Part shown: piece after piece, positions 1-11,455 of the stretch | How the letters are laid out: each line of letters starts with the position of its first letter | Numbering within the stretch: position 1 is the stretch's first letter | Source of the DNA: Octopus sinensis | Lineage: Eukaryota | Direction: 5' to 3' | Length of the DNA stretch: 64,000 bases | Assembly: GCF_006345805.1 (NCBI RefSeq) | Contig: NC_043022.1 | Coordinates: 1,178,001-1,242,000 of the forward strand | The notes under the pieces: generated by a model | The model's database searches: none | The model's input: the letters and a program-made list of their open reading frames with translations, nothing else | Told to the model about the DNA's origin: nothing | Program-made: the position numbers and the translations under genes

Positions 1-2158
1 AACGCAGATTTGAAATTTTGGCCAAGGTGTTAGCCGAGAGGTTGGCGCTTGTCATCAAGAAACTAATCGACAAGGCGCAAACATGCGCCATGCCGGGTAG
101 AAGTATTCATGACAACCTCCATCTGATGCGCTACATCATAGACAGGGTAGTTAAAAATCCTGGCATGGGTGGGGCGCTGATCAATTTGGATCAATCAAAA
201 GCCTTCGATAGGGTAGACCATCACTACTTGGAGGCTGTCCTCAAAGCGGCTGGTTTCAGTCCAGTTTTCCGTGGTTGGATCGCTGCCTTATACAGCGGCA
301 TCCGCTCAGTAGTTCGCGTAAATGGTCATCTATCCAGACCTTTTAACATCATGCGTTCGGTTCGTCAGGGATGCCCCCTCTCATCGCTGCTGTATGTACT
401 GACTCTTGAGCCACTACTGCAGAAACTGGCGACGCTGAGGGGCATCCCACGAGAGCTGGGATGTGGGAAGAGCGTGTCTGCATACGCGGATGACGTCACC
501 GTCATAGTGTCGAGCTACGAGCACATCGAGCTGGTCGGCAAGACACTGAAAGAATACGAAGCGGTAACGGGAGCAAAAATTAACCGGGAAAAGTCAGTGG
601 GCTTGCGGCTCGGCACCTGGAGAAGCAAGCCCATGCCGTCCAACAGCGTCTCCATCGTGGGACGCTGGACGGACGGACCGGTTAAATTGCTCGGGGTCTG
701 GTTCGGTCCGGACCTCCAAATGGAGAAGAACTGGGGCGAGATAACGACTAGGGTGGCTACTCTCACCAGAAATGGACTGAGAGAAAGCTATCCCTAAAAG
801 GTCGGGCGGAGGTGGCGAACGCGTACATCGCATCCGTCATCGAGTATCGTCTGACCGTTGTGCCTTGTCCCGACCCTACCATCACCAAACTGGAACGCAT
901 ACTCTTCCGCTTCTTGTGGAAGGGAAACGTTCCGATGGTTAGGCGATCCATTTGCTGCCAACACCCGCTAAATGGAGGGCTGGGCATGCCGTGGTTGATG
1001 ATGCGCAGACATGCGCTGAGACTGCGACATCTCCGGCGCTTCATAGACAACGGTGAACAGGGGTGGTCGCCTTTTGTGCAGCGCGCTTTCCCGCAGCTCG
1101 TCTCCTTGGACGAACTACAGTCATGGATCAAGCAGAGACCGAGGCTAGGCGAATGGCACCGCGAGTGTCGCGTTGCCCTCAAGCAACTCTGCCGTCCGGG
1201 ATCGAACTTGTGCGACTCCATCACAACAAAGGCATTCTATAGAGGATTAGTGGAGGGGAGGTGCGAGGACGAACTCGGGCAGAGTCTGGGCGTCGACGAG
1301 GAACACCTGACCCGCCTGTTCAGGACAACTTTCGGGCCGGGACCTATGAACAATCACCAAAGATCCCTGGCCTGGCAGTGCTATCAAGAAGCATTACCTG
1401 TTCGGGATAAGCTCTACAGACACGGTTCCAGACACACTGGACCGACTTGCCCGAGATGCGGTCAGAGCGACGAAACCGTTCTGCACGCACTCGTGCAATG
1501 TCCAACCATTTCCGACCTGTGGGCTTATGCCGAACGGTTGCGGTCACGTGTGGGACGAATCCGCCTATCGGCCGAGTCTATCGTGAGAATTGCTCCGCCC
1601 ACTTCCCTCAACCGGGAAGGCAAGGCAGTATTCATCGTACTGGTGGCCATGGTGAAAGAATGTATGTGGTGGACTCGAGCGAAAGGATTAGAGACAAACA
1701 CCTCTCTGGCCAATCGCTCATCAACTTTTTCAAGTACCACTTGAAAAGGAAGGTGAGAATGGAGAGGGAAGTTTTGTCTCGCGAAAGATTCAAAAAAAGA
1801 TGGGTGAATGTTGCAAAGATGGTGCGTGCTAGTAACGAAACCATTTTGAGCATGATCCTGTAGATCGTAAAAAAGAAAGAAGAAGAGAGCATTTTGATCT
1901 CATGTGTTTATTTCCTCCCTGACTGGGGTTCCCGTGGTCTTTTCTGTAGGCTTTTCTTCCCACGGATGAACCCAATCTTGTTATATCAATGTTTACATCA
2001 TTATTTCTGTGATACACGATTTCCTTTTTTTTCCTCCTTTCGATCCCTTTTGATCGCAATCTTACATTTTTTTATTTTTTTTCCACCCTCGAAAAGAAAA
2101 GCTCTGCATTTGTATTTGTCCCCTCTGTATTCAGCCCTGTGTGGCTAATAAAAGAAAG

Positions 2159-2160
<2 letters not shown>
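1..2160 (+). mobile_element. L1/Tx1-clade non-LTR retrotransposon, 3' part (RT, C-terminal Zn finger, 3' UTR); runs off the window start
   Basis: RT motifs LDQSKAFDRV, VRQGCPLS, AYADDVT; CCHC-type CPRCGQSDETVLHALVQC; stop at 1863; pyrimidine-rich 3' UTR ending GGCTAATAAAAGAAAGTT directly into (ATCT)n. Confidence 0.9.
18..1863 (+). pseudogene. Tx1 ORF2 C-terminal half, broken by two apparent single-base frameshifts (~770 and ~1700)
   Basis: Track ORFs 18-797, 812-1744 and the end of 1447-1863 join into one RT-ZnF protein (..KWTERKLSLKGRAEVANAYI..; ..SGQSLINFFKYHLKRK..MIL*). Frameshifts may be real or consensus errors. Confidence 0.8.
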
Positions 2161-2223
<63 letters not shown>

Positions 2224-2277
2224 CGTCTATCTATTCATCCATCTATCTATCTATCTATCTGTCTATCTATCTATCCA
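2160..2277. repeat. (ATCT)n microsatellite abutting the Tx1 3' end
   Basis: Direct reading. Confidence 0.95.
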
Positions 2278-2802
2278 TTGATGCATGCATGTATGCATAT
2301 ATGTATATTGAAATAAACGTATGTAGTATTTTCGAACTTTGCATACAATGGTGTTTGAGGCACTTTAGTCCCTCTCCGCCTCCGTCAACATTCGCACTTA
2401 AAGTTTATGATGACTTACAGGATTTGCGAACGGAAGTGTTAAAGTGTGGTGACTACAAGATGGATGCAGCTGTTTAAATACGTTGTGAAATGAAAGCCGA
2501 TAACAGACGGAAACAAATGGAATATTAAAAAATGAAATTCGAGACAATTTACTAATACTTAACAGGCGATTTGTATGAAAATAGACACAAGTATTTGCCG
2601 TTATTAATAGATAATTTTCCAAATAAAGTGGCCACCCATTACTTGGCCACTATTGCATCACAGCTAACATACACACGCCTATATATATGTGTGTGTGTGT
2701 CTTGTTTGCTTTTATGTTCAATTATAATAAAAATTTTACATTAATCTGATGAGTAACTCTATACTTTGTAGAGCACAAATTTATTATCTTATACAAAAAT
2801 GT

Positions 2803-2826
2803 TCAAAGAAGCCCATCGTATATATC

Positions 2827-2858
<32 letters not shown>

Positions 2859-3305
2859 GATATATATATATTATATATATATATATATTATATATTATAA
2901 TCCTGTAAGTCATCATAAACTATAATATATATATATTAATATATATATTATATTATATATATATATATATATATTATATATATTATTATATATATAATAT
3001 ATATATATATAATATATAATATATATAATATATAATATATAATATATATATTATATAATATTATATATTATATATATATATTATATATTATATATATATA
3101 TATATAATTATATATATATATATAATATAATATATAATATATTAATATATATAATATATATATTATATATATATATATATAATTATATATATATAATATA
3201 TTATATATATATATATTAATATTATATATATATATAATCTATATATATATATATATATATATTATATATTATATATATTATATATATATATATATATATA
3301 ATATA

Positions 3306-3337
<32 letters not shown>

Positions 3338-3376
3338 ATATTATATATATATATATATATAATATATAATATATAT

Positions 3377-3422
<46 letters not shown>

Positions 3423-3900
3423 TTATTATATATTATATATATATATAATAATATATATATATAATAATATAATATATATATATAATATATATAATATATA
3501 TTATATATATAATATATATATATAATATTATATATATTATATATTATATATTATATATTATATATATATTATATATATATATATTATATATATATATAAT
3601 ATATTATATATATATATAATATATATAATATATGTATATATATATTATATTATATATATATATAATATATATATATGTATGTGTGTGTATGTGTTGTGTG
3701 TCTGTGTTTGTCCCCCAACATCGCTTGACGACCGATGCTAGTGTGTTTACGTCTCCGTCACTTAGCGGTTCGGCAAAAGAGACCGATAGAATAAGTACTG
3801 GGCTTACAAAAGAATAAGTCCTGGGGTCGATTTGCTCGACTAAAGGCGGTGCTCCAGCATGGCCGCAGTCAAATGACTGAAACAAGTAAAAGAGTAAAGA
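2803..3900 (+). mobile_element. SINE A, 5'-truncated, central microsatellite expanded to ~850 bp
   Basis: AAAGAAGCCCATCGTATAT remnant at 2803, A/T tract, then the full 3' half ending GAAACAAGTAAAAGAG. Confidence 0.75.
2826..3680. repeat. Interrupted (TA)n tract, almost purely A/T
   Basis: Direct reading. Confidence 0.95.
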
Positions 3901-4029
3901 GAGAGAGAGTGACTTCGAAGTTTCGGTCACATAAGCCATCGTCGGACAATACGTGCGCGCATATGTGTATATTATATATATAAGAAATTAAGATAAACAC
4001 AAGTTAATATTACCAGTTCCTAAGGTTGC

Positions 4030-4232
4030 GAGCTAGGCGAATCGATAGCACGCCGAACAAAATGCTTAGCGGCATTTGGTCCGTCTTTACGTTCCAAGTT
4101 TAAATTCCGCCGAGGTCGACTTTGCCTTTCATCCTTTCGGGGTCGATAAATTAAGTACCAGTTATGCACTGGGGTCGATGTAATCGACTTAATCCTCATT
4201 GAAAATGGCTGGCCTTGTGGCAAAATTTGAAG
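4030..4232 (+). mobile_element. SINE E (tRNA-like head + conserved CTTTCATCCTTTCGGGGTCGATAAA core), tail variant 3
   Basis: Head and core match other E copies; tail GCTGGCCTTGTGGCAAAATTTGAA. Confidence 0.8.
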
Positions 4233-4255
4233 TAATTTTTATTGTTATTGTTATT

Positions 4256-4482
4256 GAGCTGGCAGAATCGTTGGCCCGCTGGGTGAAATGCTTAGCGCTA
4301 TTTCGTCTGCTGCTACGTTCTGAGTTCAAATTCCACCGAGGTCGACTTTGCTTTTCATCCTTTCAGGGTCGATTAAATAAGTACCAGTTACGCACTGGGG
4401 TCGATGTAATCGACTTAATCCGTTTGTCTGTCCTTGTTTGTCCCCTCTGTGTTTAGCCCCTTGTGGGTAGTTAAGAAATAGG
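4256..4482 (+). mobile_element. SINE E with Tx1-like tail (variant 1)
   Basis: Ends TTTGTCCCCTCTGTGTTTAGCCCCTTGTGGGTAGTTAAGAAATAGG, homologous to 2115-2157. Confidence 0.85.
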
Positions 4483-4483
4483 T

Positions 4484-4649
4484 ATTTCTTTGGTAGTTGA
4501 AGCGAAAAGCGATTTTATTGAATAAATTTACTCTTTAGTATTTCGAGATATTTTAATGTAATTTTGGTAAATAGATCTGTTAAAATGAGATGTCAGTGTT
4601 ATTTTCCTTTTTTGCATAATTTAGACGACAATATATTCACCGCACCCTG
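4484..4649 (+). mobile_element. 3' end/TIR fragment of a Tc1/mariner element (same family as 42995-44157)
   Basis: Matches 43590-43630 plus 44045-44157, ending CACCGCACCCTG. Confidence 0.7.
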
Positions 4650-5415
4650 CATACCTATATTTGTATAATTGATTCACTGTACTTCGGAATACGATCAATG
4701 ACTTATAATTTATTTACATGTATTAACAAGCAAAAACACAGAGAGCTGTATGTACCGTAATTATTTAATGTGGTGGGGAGAAAAACAATCTTTTTTCCAT
4801 TGTATTTCTCTGCTTATCAATCAATGCATGCCTTTACACCTGATTTGAATTGAACAGGTACAACCAGCTTCGGTTGTGTAGAGACGAATAAGCACAACCT
4901 GATAATTTCTCCCTTTTCAGGATCATTCTGCCATTGTAGAGATTGTTTCTCTTTTAGAATTAACACTAAAACCTTCTTGATTTTATAATAATCCACTGCA
5001 TATAAAACACAGAGTGTTTTAAGAAAGAAAATGTCTCAGAAATCACTCCGGATCCTACATGCCAAGTTTAACTTTCCATAATCTATAATGGGCTTCAAAA
5101 ATATGACGTGAATATGCTGTTATTAGGGTTGCTGCTGTTCAGGTCACTGCTTGAAACAGAACTCGGCATCTTGGGTTCAGTAGCCTGTGCTCTTAACCAT
5201 TATGCTATATACCCAAGGGTAATTGTGGAGTGAATTTTAGGACTTATAAGTCTAATATTTTTCAATCCTTTCCTAATACTGGTTCCCATATGCTGCTCAT
5301 ATCTGCACTCGGTCTACTTAGGAGATTGTTGTGTCCTAGCATATGTGCTGTTTCCGAGAGCAACAACATCGAAAAATACCTTAGGAATGAGAACCCAGGT
5401 TCGAAATTTCCCCAA

Positions 5416-5461
5416 AACACCTGATGAAGGATGGAGGGTATATCAGCCGAAACGTTGTGTT
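5416..5461 (+). ncRNA. Minimal hammerhead-like motif in a probable Penelope-type pseudo-LTR remnant (~5385-5535)
   Basis: AACAC-CTGATGA-A-GGATG..CAGCC-GAAA-C-GTT-GTGTT: 5-bp stem I, stem II with one mismatch, palindromic AACGTT at stem III. Confidence 0.55.
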
Positions 5462-5557
5462 AACAACAAACAAGATGAGGACAAATATCCGTCATATGTA
5501 AATAATGTACATAATTCCTCATCTCTTAAATACAGAACTGGTTTAAAGGTAAAGTTG

Positions 5558-5840
5558 ACGTCGGCGGAGCTTGAACTCAGAACGTAGCGACCGCCGAAAT
5601 ACCTCTAAGCATTTCGTCAAGGGTGCTAATGATTCTTTTCTACATTAGACACAAGACCTGAAATTTGGGGAAGGGGATTAGTCGATTGCATCGACCCAGT
5701 ATGCAACTGGTACTTAATTTAATGACCCCGGAAGGATGAAAGGCAAAGTCGACCTTGGCGGAATTTGAACTCAGAACGTAGCAGCAGATGAAATACTGCT
5801 AAGCATTTTGACCGGCGTGCTAACGCTTCTGCCAGCTCAA
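5558..5840 (-). mobile_element. Two SINE E pieces (5558-5625 and 5640-5840, tail variant 2)
   Basis: Reverse complement of E head and core. Confidence 0.75.
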
Positions 5841-5910
5841 CGCCTTTGTGCATTGTAGAATCAGTCATAAGCAATTTACTGCCCATAAATTTTAACACCA
5901 AAATTTCATT

Positions 5911-5973
5911 TGGACCACCAAGAGCCATATGGACCACCAAGAGCCATATGGACCACCAAGAGCCATATGGACC
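5911..5973. repeat. 19-bp tandem repeat x3.3 (TGGACCACCAAGAGCCATA)
   Basis: Three identical units, no spacers. Confidence 0.95.
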
Positions 5974-6078
5974 CTAGTTGAGCACCACAGCTCTAAACAA
6001 TCAAAGTAATACCACAAAAGCTATTTTAAATCAGTTACTAATTGATAGTTCATAACTTGTACACAATTTATAAACAAT

Positions 6079-6480
6079 GGTGTAGGAGTGGCTGTGTGGT
6101 AAGTAGCTTGCTTACCAACCACATGGTTCCGGGTTCAGTCCCACTGCGTGGTACCTTGGGCAGGTGTCTTCTACTATAGCCTTGTGAGTGGATTTGGTAG
6201 ACAGAAACTGAAAGCCTGCCGTATATATTTATATATATATATATGTGTGAGTGTGTATGTGTATGTGTGTATGTTTGTTTGTCTGTGTTTGTCCCCTCAA
6301 TATCGCATGACAACCGATACTGGTGTGTTTACGTCCCCATAACTTAGCAGTTTGGCAAAAGAGACTGATAGAATAAGTACTAGGTTTACAAAGAATAAGT
6401 CCTGGGGTCGGTTTGCTTGACAAAAGGTGGTGCTTCAGCATGGCCACAGGCAAATGACTGAAACAAATAAAAGAGTAAAA
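6079..6480 (+). mobile_element. SINE A (tRNA-derived head, internal TA/TG tract)
   Basis: A-box-like TGGCTGTGTGG, B-box-like GGTTCAGTCCC, tail GAAACAAATAAAAGAG; more than 15 copies in the window. Confidence 0.85.
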
Positions 6481-6765
6481 GGGAGAGTAAAGGGATGGCG
6501 TTGCACATATGTCTTCAATTTCTTAAGCAAAGTACAAAAAGGAAATAAAATTTTTCACTCATTTATTAACAACATGACGTAATATACACAGAGGTTGAAA
6601 ATACTTTCGACAGTATTCGTGGCATTACATGTGTTTGTTCAGTATTTTTAATGTTGATGACTAACACCAATATTTTGGTGCTATTTTGGTGAGTGTTCTG
6701 CAACTTAAGGGGCGATTACTTTAAGTTAGTTTTTACTTCACTTTTCAGTTTCCAAAAACCCTTAA

Positions 6766-6974
6766 CCCTTTAGTATTTAAACCGGCCAAAATAGTTAATC
6801 TGTTTTATGTTCAAACTGACCAGATCCAGGCTCTCACACCTACCCTACAATGTTATTCTACATTAAGTAATTACATCATCAAGATCTTGAAGATATGAGA
6901 TAATGCAGGATTAATTCAAATCAATGGGAATCAATAAGCATTATGTTTGATTGAATAATCTGAGCACTAAAGGG
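6766..6974. mobile_element. piggyBac-like MITE
   Basis: TTAA|CCCTTTAG ... CTAAAGGG|TTAA; homologous copy at 62657-62877, fragment at ~51075-51200. Confidence 0.8.
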
Positions 6975-7800
6975 TTAAGATGTTGACTAAAGATTGATAC
7001 AACATGATCAGCGACAAGACGAAGGCAGTTGTATTTTTGCAAAGAAATGGCCTTTTAGATAATAAGGAAAATGTTGCACCTTGTCATCATTGTGGTGGAA
7101 ACTTGAAGGAAGCTTGAAGAGAAAAAACCGTGAAATTTTGCCAACTTCACCACAATGGCAACACAGAGCAACATTTTCTCCTGTCTAAAAGCCATTTCTT
7201 TGTAAAAATGCAACTAGCTTCATCCCGTCCCTGATCACGTAAAAATCTTTAATCAGCATCTTGCTGGTACCTTGAGCTGGCCCTGTTACCAGGGCCTTAG
7301 CCACATGCACCTTTTTCACTTCACTAAATTTATATCACCAGAGGTTTCTCAAACTGAAACTCCTAACTTCCTTTCATACAGCTCTTTCATTTCATAGGGT
7401 TGGATCTCTTCCGTCCCAGCCAGTCTTATTCAAATGCTTTAATTATCGTCATCATCCGATTATAAGTGCTCGTCACTCCGCTAGTCAGCTGACACATGTG
7501 CTTTATTTTAACATCAAGGAAAATTTCATTTTGTAAGTTATACCGCATTTGGGAATCATTAATTTGCTCATGTTTTTCCAACTAACCTTTACATTTGTAG
7601 CTTGGCTTGGATGACTATAATGGATTATTACTATACATCACAATTTCCTCTTTTTAATGTCTCTGTACCATGTATTTACTTTACCGTATCTGTGCCATAT
7701 ATTCATGTTTACTTTACAATTATACAAGGAGTGTGCTGAAGTGAATGCACATATTTTTATATAAGAAAATCATATGCATGTATACATATATACCCGAGTA

Positions 7801-8185
7801 GTGGAGGCGCAATGGCCCAGTGGTTAGGGCAGCGGACTCGCGGTCGTAGGATCGCGGTTTCAATTCCCAGACCGGGCGTTGTGAGTGTTTATTGAGCGAA
7901 AACACCTAAAGCTCCACAAGGCTCCGGCAGGGGATGGTGGTGATCCCTGCTGTATTCTTTCACCACAACTTTCTCTCACTCTTACTTCCTGTTTCTGCTG
8001 TACCTGTATTTCAAAGGGCCGGCCTTGTCACTCTCTGTGTCACGCTGAATATCCCCGAGAACTATGTTAAGGGTACACGTGTCTGTGGAGTGCTCAGCCA
8101 CTTACACGTTAATTTCACGAGCAGGCTGTTCCGTTAATTCGGATCAACCGGAACCTTTGCCGTCGTAACCGACGGAGTGCTTCCC
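7801..8185 (+). mobile_element. SINE C (tRNA-derived), near full length
   Basis: Head TGGCCCAGTGGTTAG..GGTTTCAATTCC; other pieces at 21810, 53068, 53978, 60630. Confidence 0.8.
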
Positions 8186-8186
8186 A

Positions 8187-8450
8187 TGTAAGCACATAAA
8201 TGTGAAACAAGGTGAGAGAAAAGTAGTACTCGAACACCGGAGATAGAGTAATGTGCTTTATTACTAAAACTGCAAAAGCATCTCAAAAATGTCACAAAAA
8301 CTGCTACTCAAAGTTTCACATTCCTGTTTGTTTGGCAGTTATGATCCAGGATCATGACTGCCTGACGAATGGGAACGTGAAACTCTGAGGAGCAGCTTTT
8401 TTTTGGTGAAATTTTTGTGATGATTTTGCAGCTTTAATAATAAAGTATAT
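8187..8450. mobile_element. Head-to-head inverted pair of Penelope-type pseudo-LTR remnants
   Basis: Imperfect palindrome ~8250-8445 centred on GATCCAGGATC; centre-deleted relative at 37625-37800. Confidence 0.6.
8356..8397 (+). ncRNA. Degenerate minimal hammerhead ribozyme
   Basis: CTGC-CTGACGA-ATG(GGAA)CGT-GAAA-CTC(T)GAG-GA-GCAG; U16.1 replaced by G here, GTA retained in the inverted arm. Confidence 0.55.
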
Positions 8451-8453
8451 ACA

Positions 8454-8484
<31 letters not shown>

Positions 8485-8730
8485 CGTGCCACTGGCACAT
8501 AAAATGCACTGACTGATCATGGCAGTTGCCAGCCTCCCCTGGCGCCTGTGCCGGTGGCACGTAAAAAGCACCCACTACACTCATGGTGTGGTTGGCGTTA
8601 GGAAGGGCATCCAGCCATAGAAACACTGCCAGATCAGACTGGAGCCTGGTGCAGCCTCCTGGCTTCCCAGACCCTCCTTGAACCGTCCAACCCATGCTAG
8701 CATGGAAAACAGATGTTAAACGATGATGAT
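8485..8730 (+). mobile_element. SINE B ((GAT)n-tailed family)
   Basis: TGCCGGTGGCACGTAAAAAGCAC modules, AGGAAGGGCATCCAG, CCAACCCATGCTAGCATGGAAA, (GAT)n. Confidence 0.85.
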
Positions 8731-8752
8731 TATATATATATATATATATATA

Positions 8753-9412
8753 TACTACAAAATTAGAGAATGGAGAAATATACTTAAATCAGTAAAACAT
8801 CAACTATCCGATGATACTCAATCCATACTTTAATACACCATTACATATGAGTAAAGGCAATACATAAAATGAAATGAGATATACAGTAATAGTAACAAGA
8901 TAAAGAGATATAAGTAAAAATTTTCAAATATAATACAAATAAATCAAAACTGACAGCTGTTTCGGCAGTGAGGACAGTCATACCTCATTTAACCTATAAG
9001 CCATAAAGGCAGGTATAAATGAGGCATTAACAAGGATGCCCCACGGCCTCTTCAGAGAATTAAATTAAATTTGTTATAATAGTGAAAAATATTATACAAT
9101 CATATACATATAAATAAAAAATATAAAAATGTAAAATAAAAAACTTATACATCATAAAGCTACACTTATATAATATAATACACATTTGTACAAAAAAGGA
9201 AGGTAAACAGAACAAAATAAAACAAAATATATAATAGTGTATATATTAATATCAATAAGTACCGATATTATACATATTGGCTAATAGTTTTTTTTATATA
9301 ATATAAAAAAAAAAAAAAAAAAAGGCTAACATATATGGAGATGAAAAATAATAATTAAATCCGTGGTACAGTTCATAAGATTCTAAAGCTATAAAAGTTA
9401 ATAAAAATTACT

Positions 9413-9470
<58 letters not shown>

Positions 9471-11455
9471 TATAATAAAAAATAGATACAGTTAAGTTAG
9501 CACCAAGTCCATCCTTACAAGATCGAAATAACTATGAGTTAAGAAATGCTGACCACTAGGTAAAGAAAATATAGATTAATTCGATTGGCTATTGGTTTGA
9601 AATTTAAATCACAAAAGAAAATATACGGTTGGTTAGTCAGGGAACGCCAATATTCACACACGCATCTACAGATCAATCGCACATACACACATAGTAATAT
9701 GTATATGCATACACTTATACACATACATAATTACAAGTAACAACTAGCACATATATAACAAAAAGGGAAGCAACTATGCTACAATTTAGTCCTTCAAAAT
9801 TATAATTGTGCCTCAATAATAAAAGAAGAACCATCCATGCATTCCATAAAATATTTAATTAGATATAAATATATTTTTAAATATCAGTATGTTACTAAGT
9901 CAGATACTTATTTCATGGGTAACTTAAAATTTATAACACCGGTTTGTTGCAGAGTAAACATACGGTTGTTAGATTTATCGTAAGTTTGTTATGGTTTTAA
10001 GTACGCTAAATTATAAAATATAAAATATAAAATATATTATATTAAATATTATAAATAAGTCACTTATTAACTTAATAAATATAGTGCCATAATATACCAG
10101 TTTAGGCATTAAAGAATAGAAGGGGAAGTATTAATGTAAACGCTTATGAAAACATCACAGAAATTTTAAATAAATTTTATATTATAAAGACTTAAGATGA
10201 AAAGAGATAAAATAAATAAGAAGGAATAAATACGAAGGAATAAATACGGTTATACACATAATTATAAGTACAAACCAGTATATATGTATTCATATATATT
10301 AAAATTAAATAACAATAAATGATAGATATGTATGTGTAAAAACTACCCCAGTATAAGTAAATAAGTAAAAAATAAATAGGTAGCAAATTGATGACTTGAT
10401 ATGTATGTAAACATCTACACTTAAATAGGCAAATAAATAAATAAATAGAAGACTAGATGCAAAAATTGATAATATTACAATAAAATGGAAAATAAATAAA
10501 AAAAAAAAATAATAAATAGAGTGAATATATATGTTATATTGTTGAAAGTAAATATGTATGGAAGGATAGTTTAAAGTACAGATCCAGAAGACTATAGATA
10601 TAAACTAAATATATGAGGCTGGTAATAATTATAAAGCATAATGCATGTAAATGAGAAAATGAAAAAAATGAAAAAGGTTTATCAGTGAATAGCATAAGAT
10701 ACAAATTAAGGTGAGTACAAAAAGACCAAATATACAATAAAAACCTTCCAAATAAACACATACAAAAAACCTATAATCTCAACCTAAACCCACCAAACTC
10801 ACAAAAGGCTCTCATATATTACATATTATACAATATCATTACATTATCCAGAGCTAGGTATCTACCCAAGATATATATATATACTATGCAATATACTATG
10901 CAATATTGGAAAACTTCAAAAATCACACATTACAAGGCAAGTACCAAAATGAATATGTTATTTTATGTCATATTGCAATTCTTAAAAAACAAAACAAAAC
11001 CCACATACAAAAAACAGAAACCAATAATACTAGACACATCCATTAATTATTATACAAATGTAGCTATAAAAATTATAAAATTATAAAATATATAAATTGT
11101 ATACTTTAGAAATTATAGAAGACCACAGGTATATTTAGTTAAAGAAGGGAGTTAAAAAATTAATAATAGTGGAAGTGCTAAGTTCTATTTGAATCTAGAA
11201 AAGGTGAACGGTAGCCTAGAATAAAAAAAAAGAAGTTTTTTTCATTAATGTTGTTAATAATTTGCCGACCCGCTTTAATAATGAAGAAAATTTCATTAAT
11301 ACATAGAGAGCATTTTTTATTTTTTCCATTATACACAGGTGCTGAAGTTAGTATTTTCCAGTTTAATCTAAAATCTAAGTTCTTATTTTTAAGCTCCCAA
11401 ATGTATGCACTTAGCCCTGTAGAGTACATTCTATTTTTATTCCTAAAAGTATATC
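8753..11455 (-). repeat. Inverted copy of the element 3' region (reverse complement of ~16862-19577)
   Basis: 8753 TACTACAAAATTAGAG is the reverse complement of the segment ending 13975/19577; 11401-11455 is the reverse complement of 16862-16916. Confidence 0.93.
8952..9055 (-). ncRNA. Hammerhead ribozyme motif, copy 1 (inverted repeat)
   Basis: Reverse complement of the 13670-13773 motif. Confidence 0.75.

Noticed and set aside
2431-2463. ETS (CGGAAGTG) and YY1-like (CAAGATGG) promoter motifs
   Set aside because: Short motifs expected by chance; YY1 match incomplete; no linked exon
4921-4980. Plus-strand terminal exon DHSAIVEIVSLLELTLKPS*
   Set aside because: Acceptor-like sequence only; no other support
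5911-5973. CRISPR-like array
   Set aside because: Three contiguous identical 19-mers without spacers, in eukaryotic DNA; simple tandem duplication
6079-6150. tRNA genes at SINE heads
   Set aside because: A/B boxes are present but no complete cloverleaf; each continues into a SINE body
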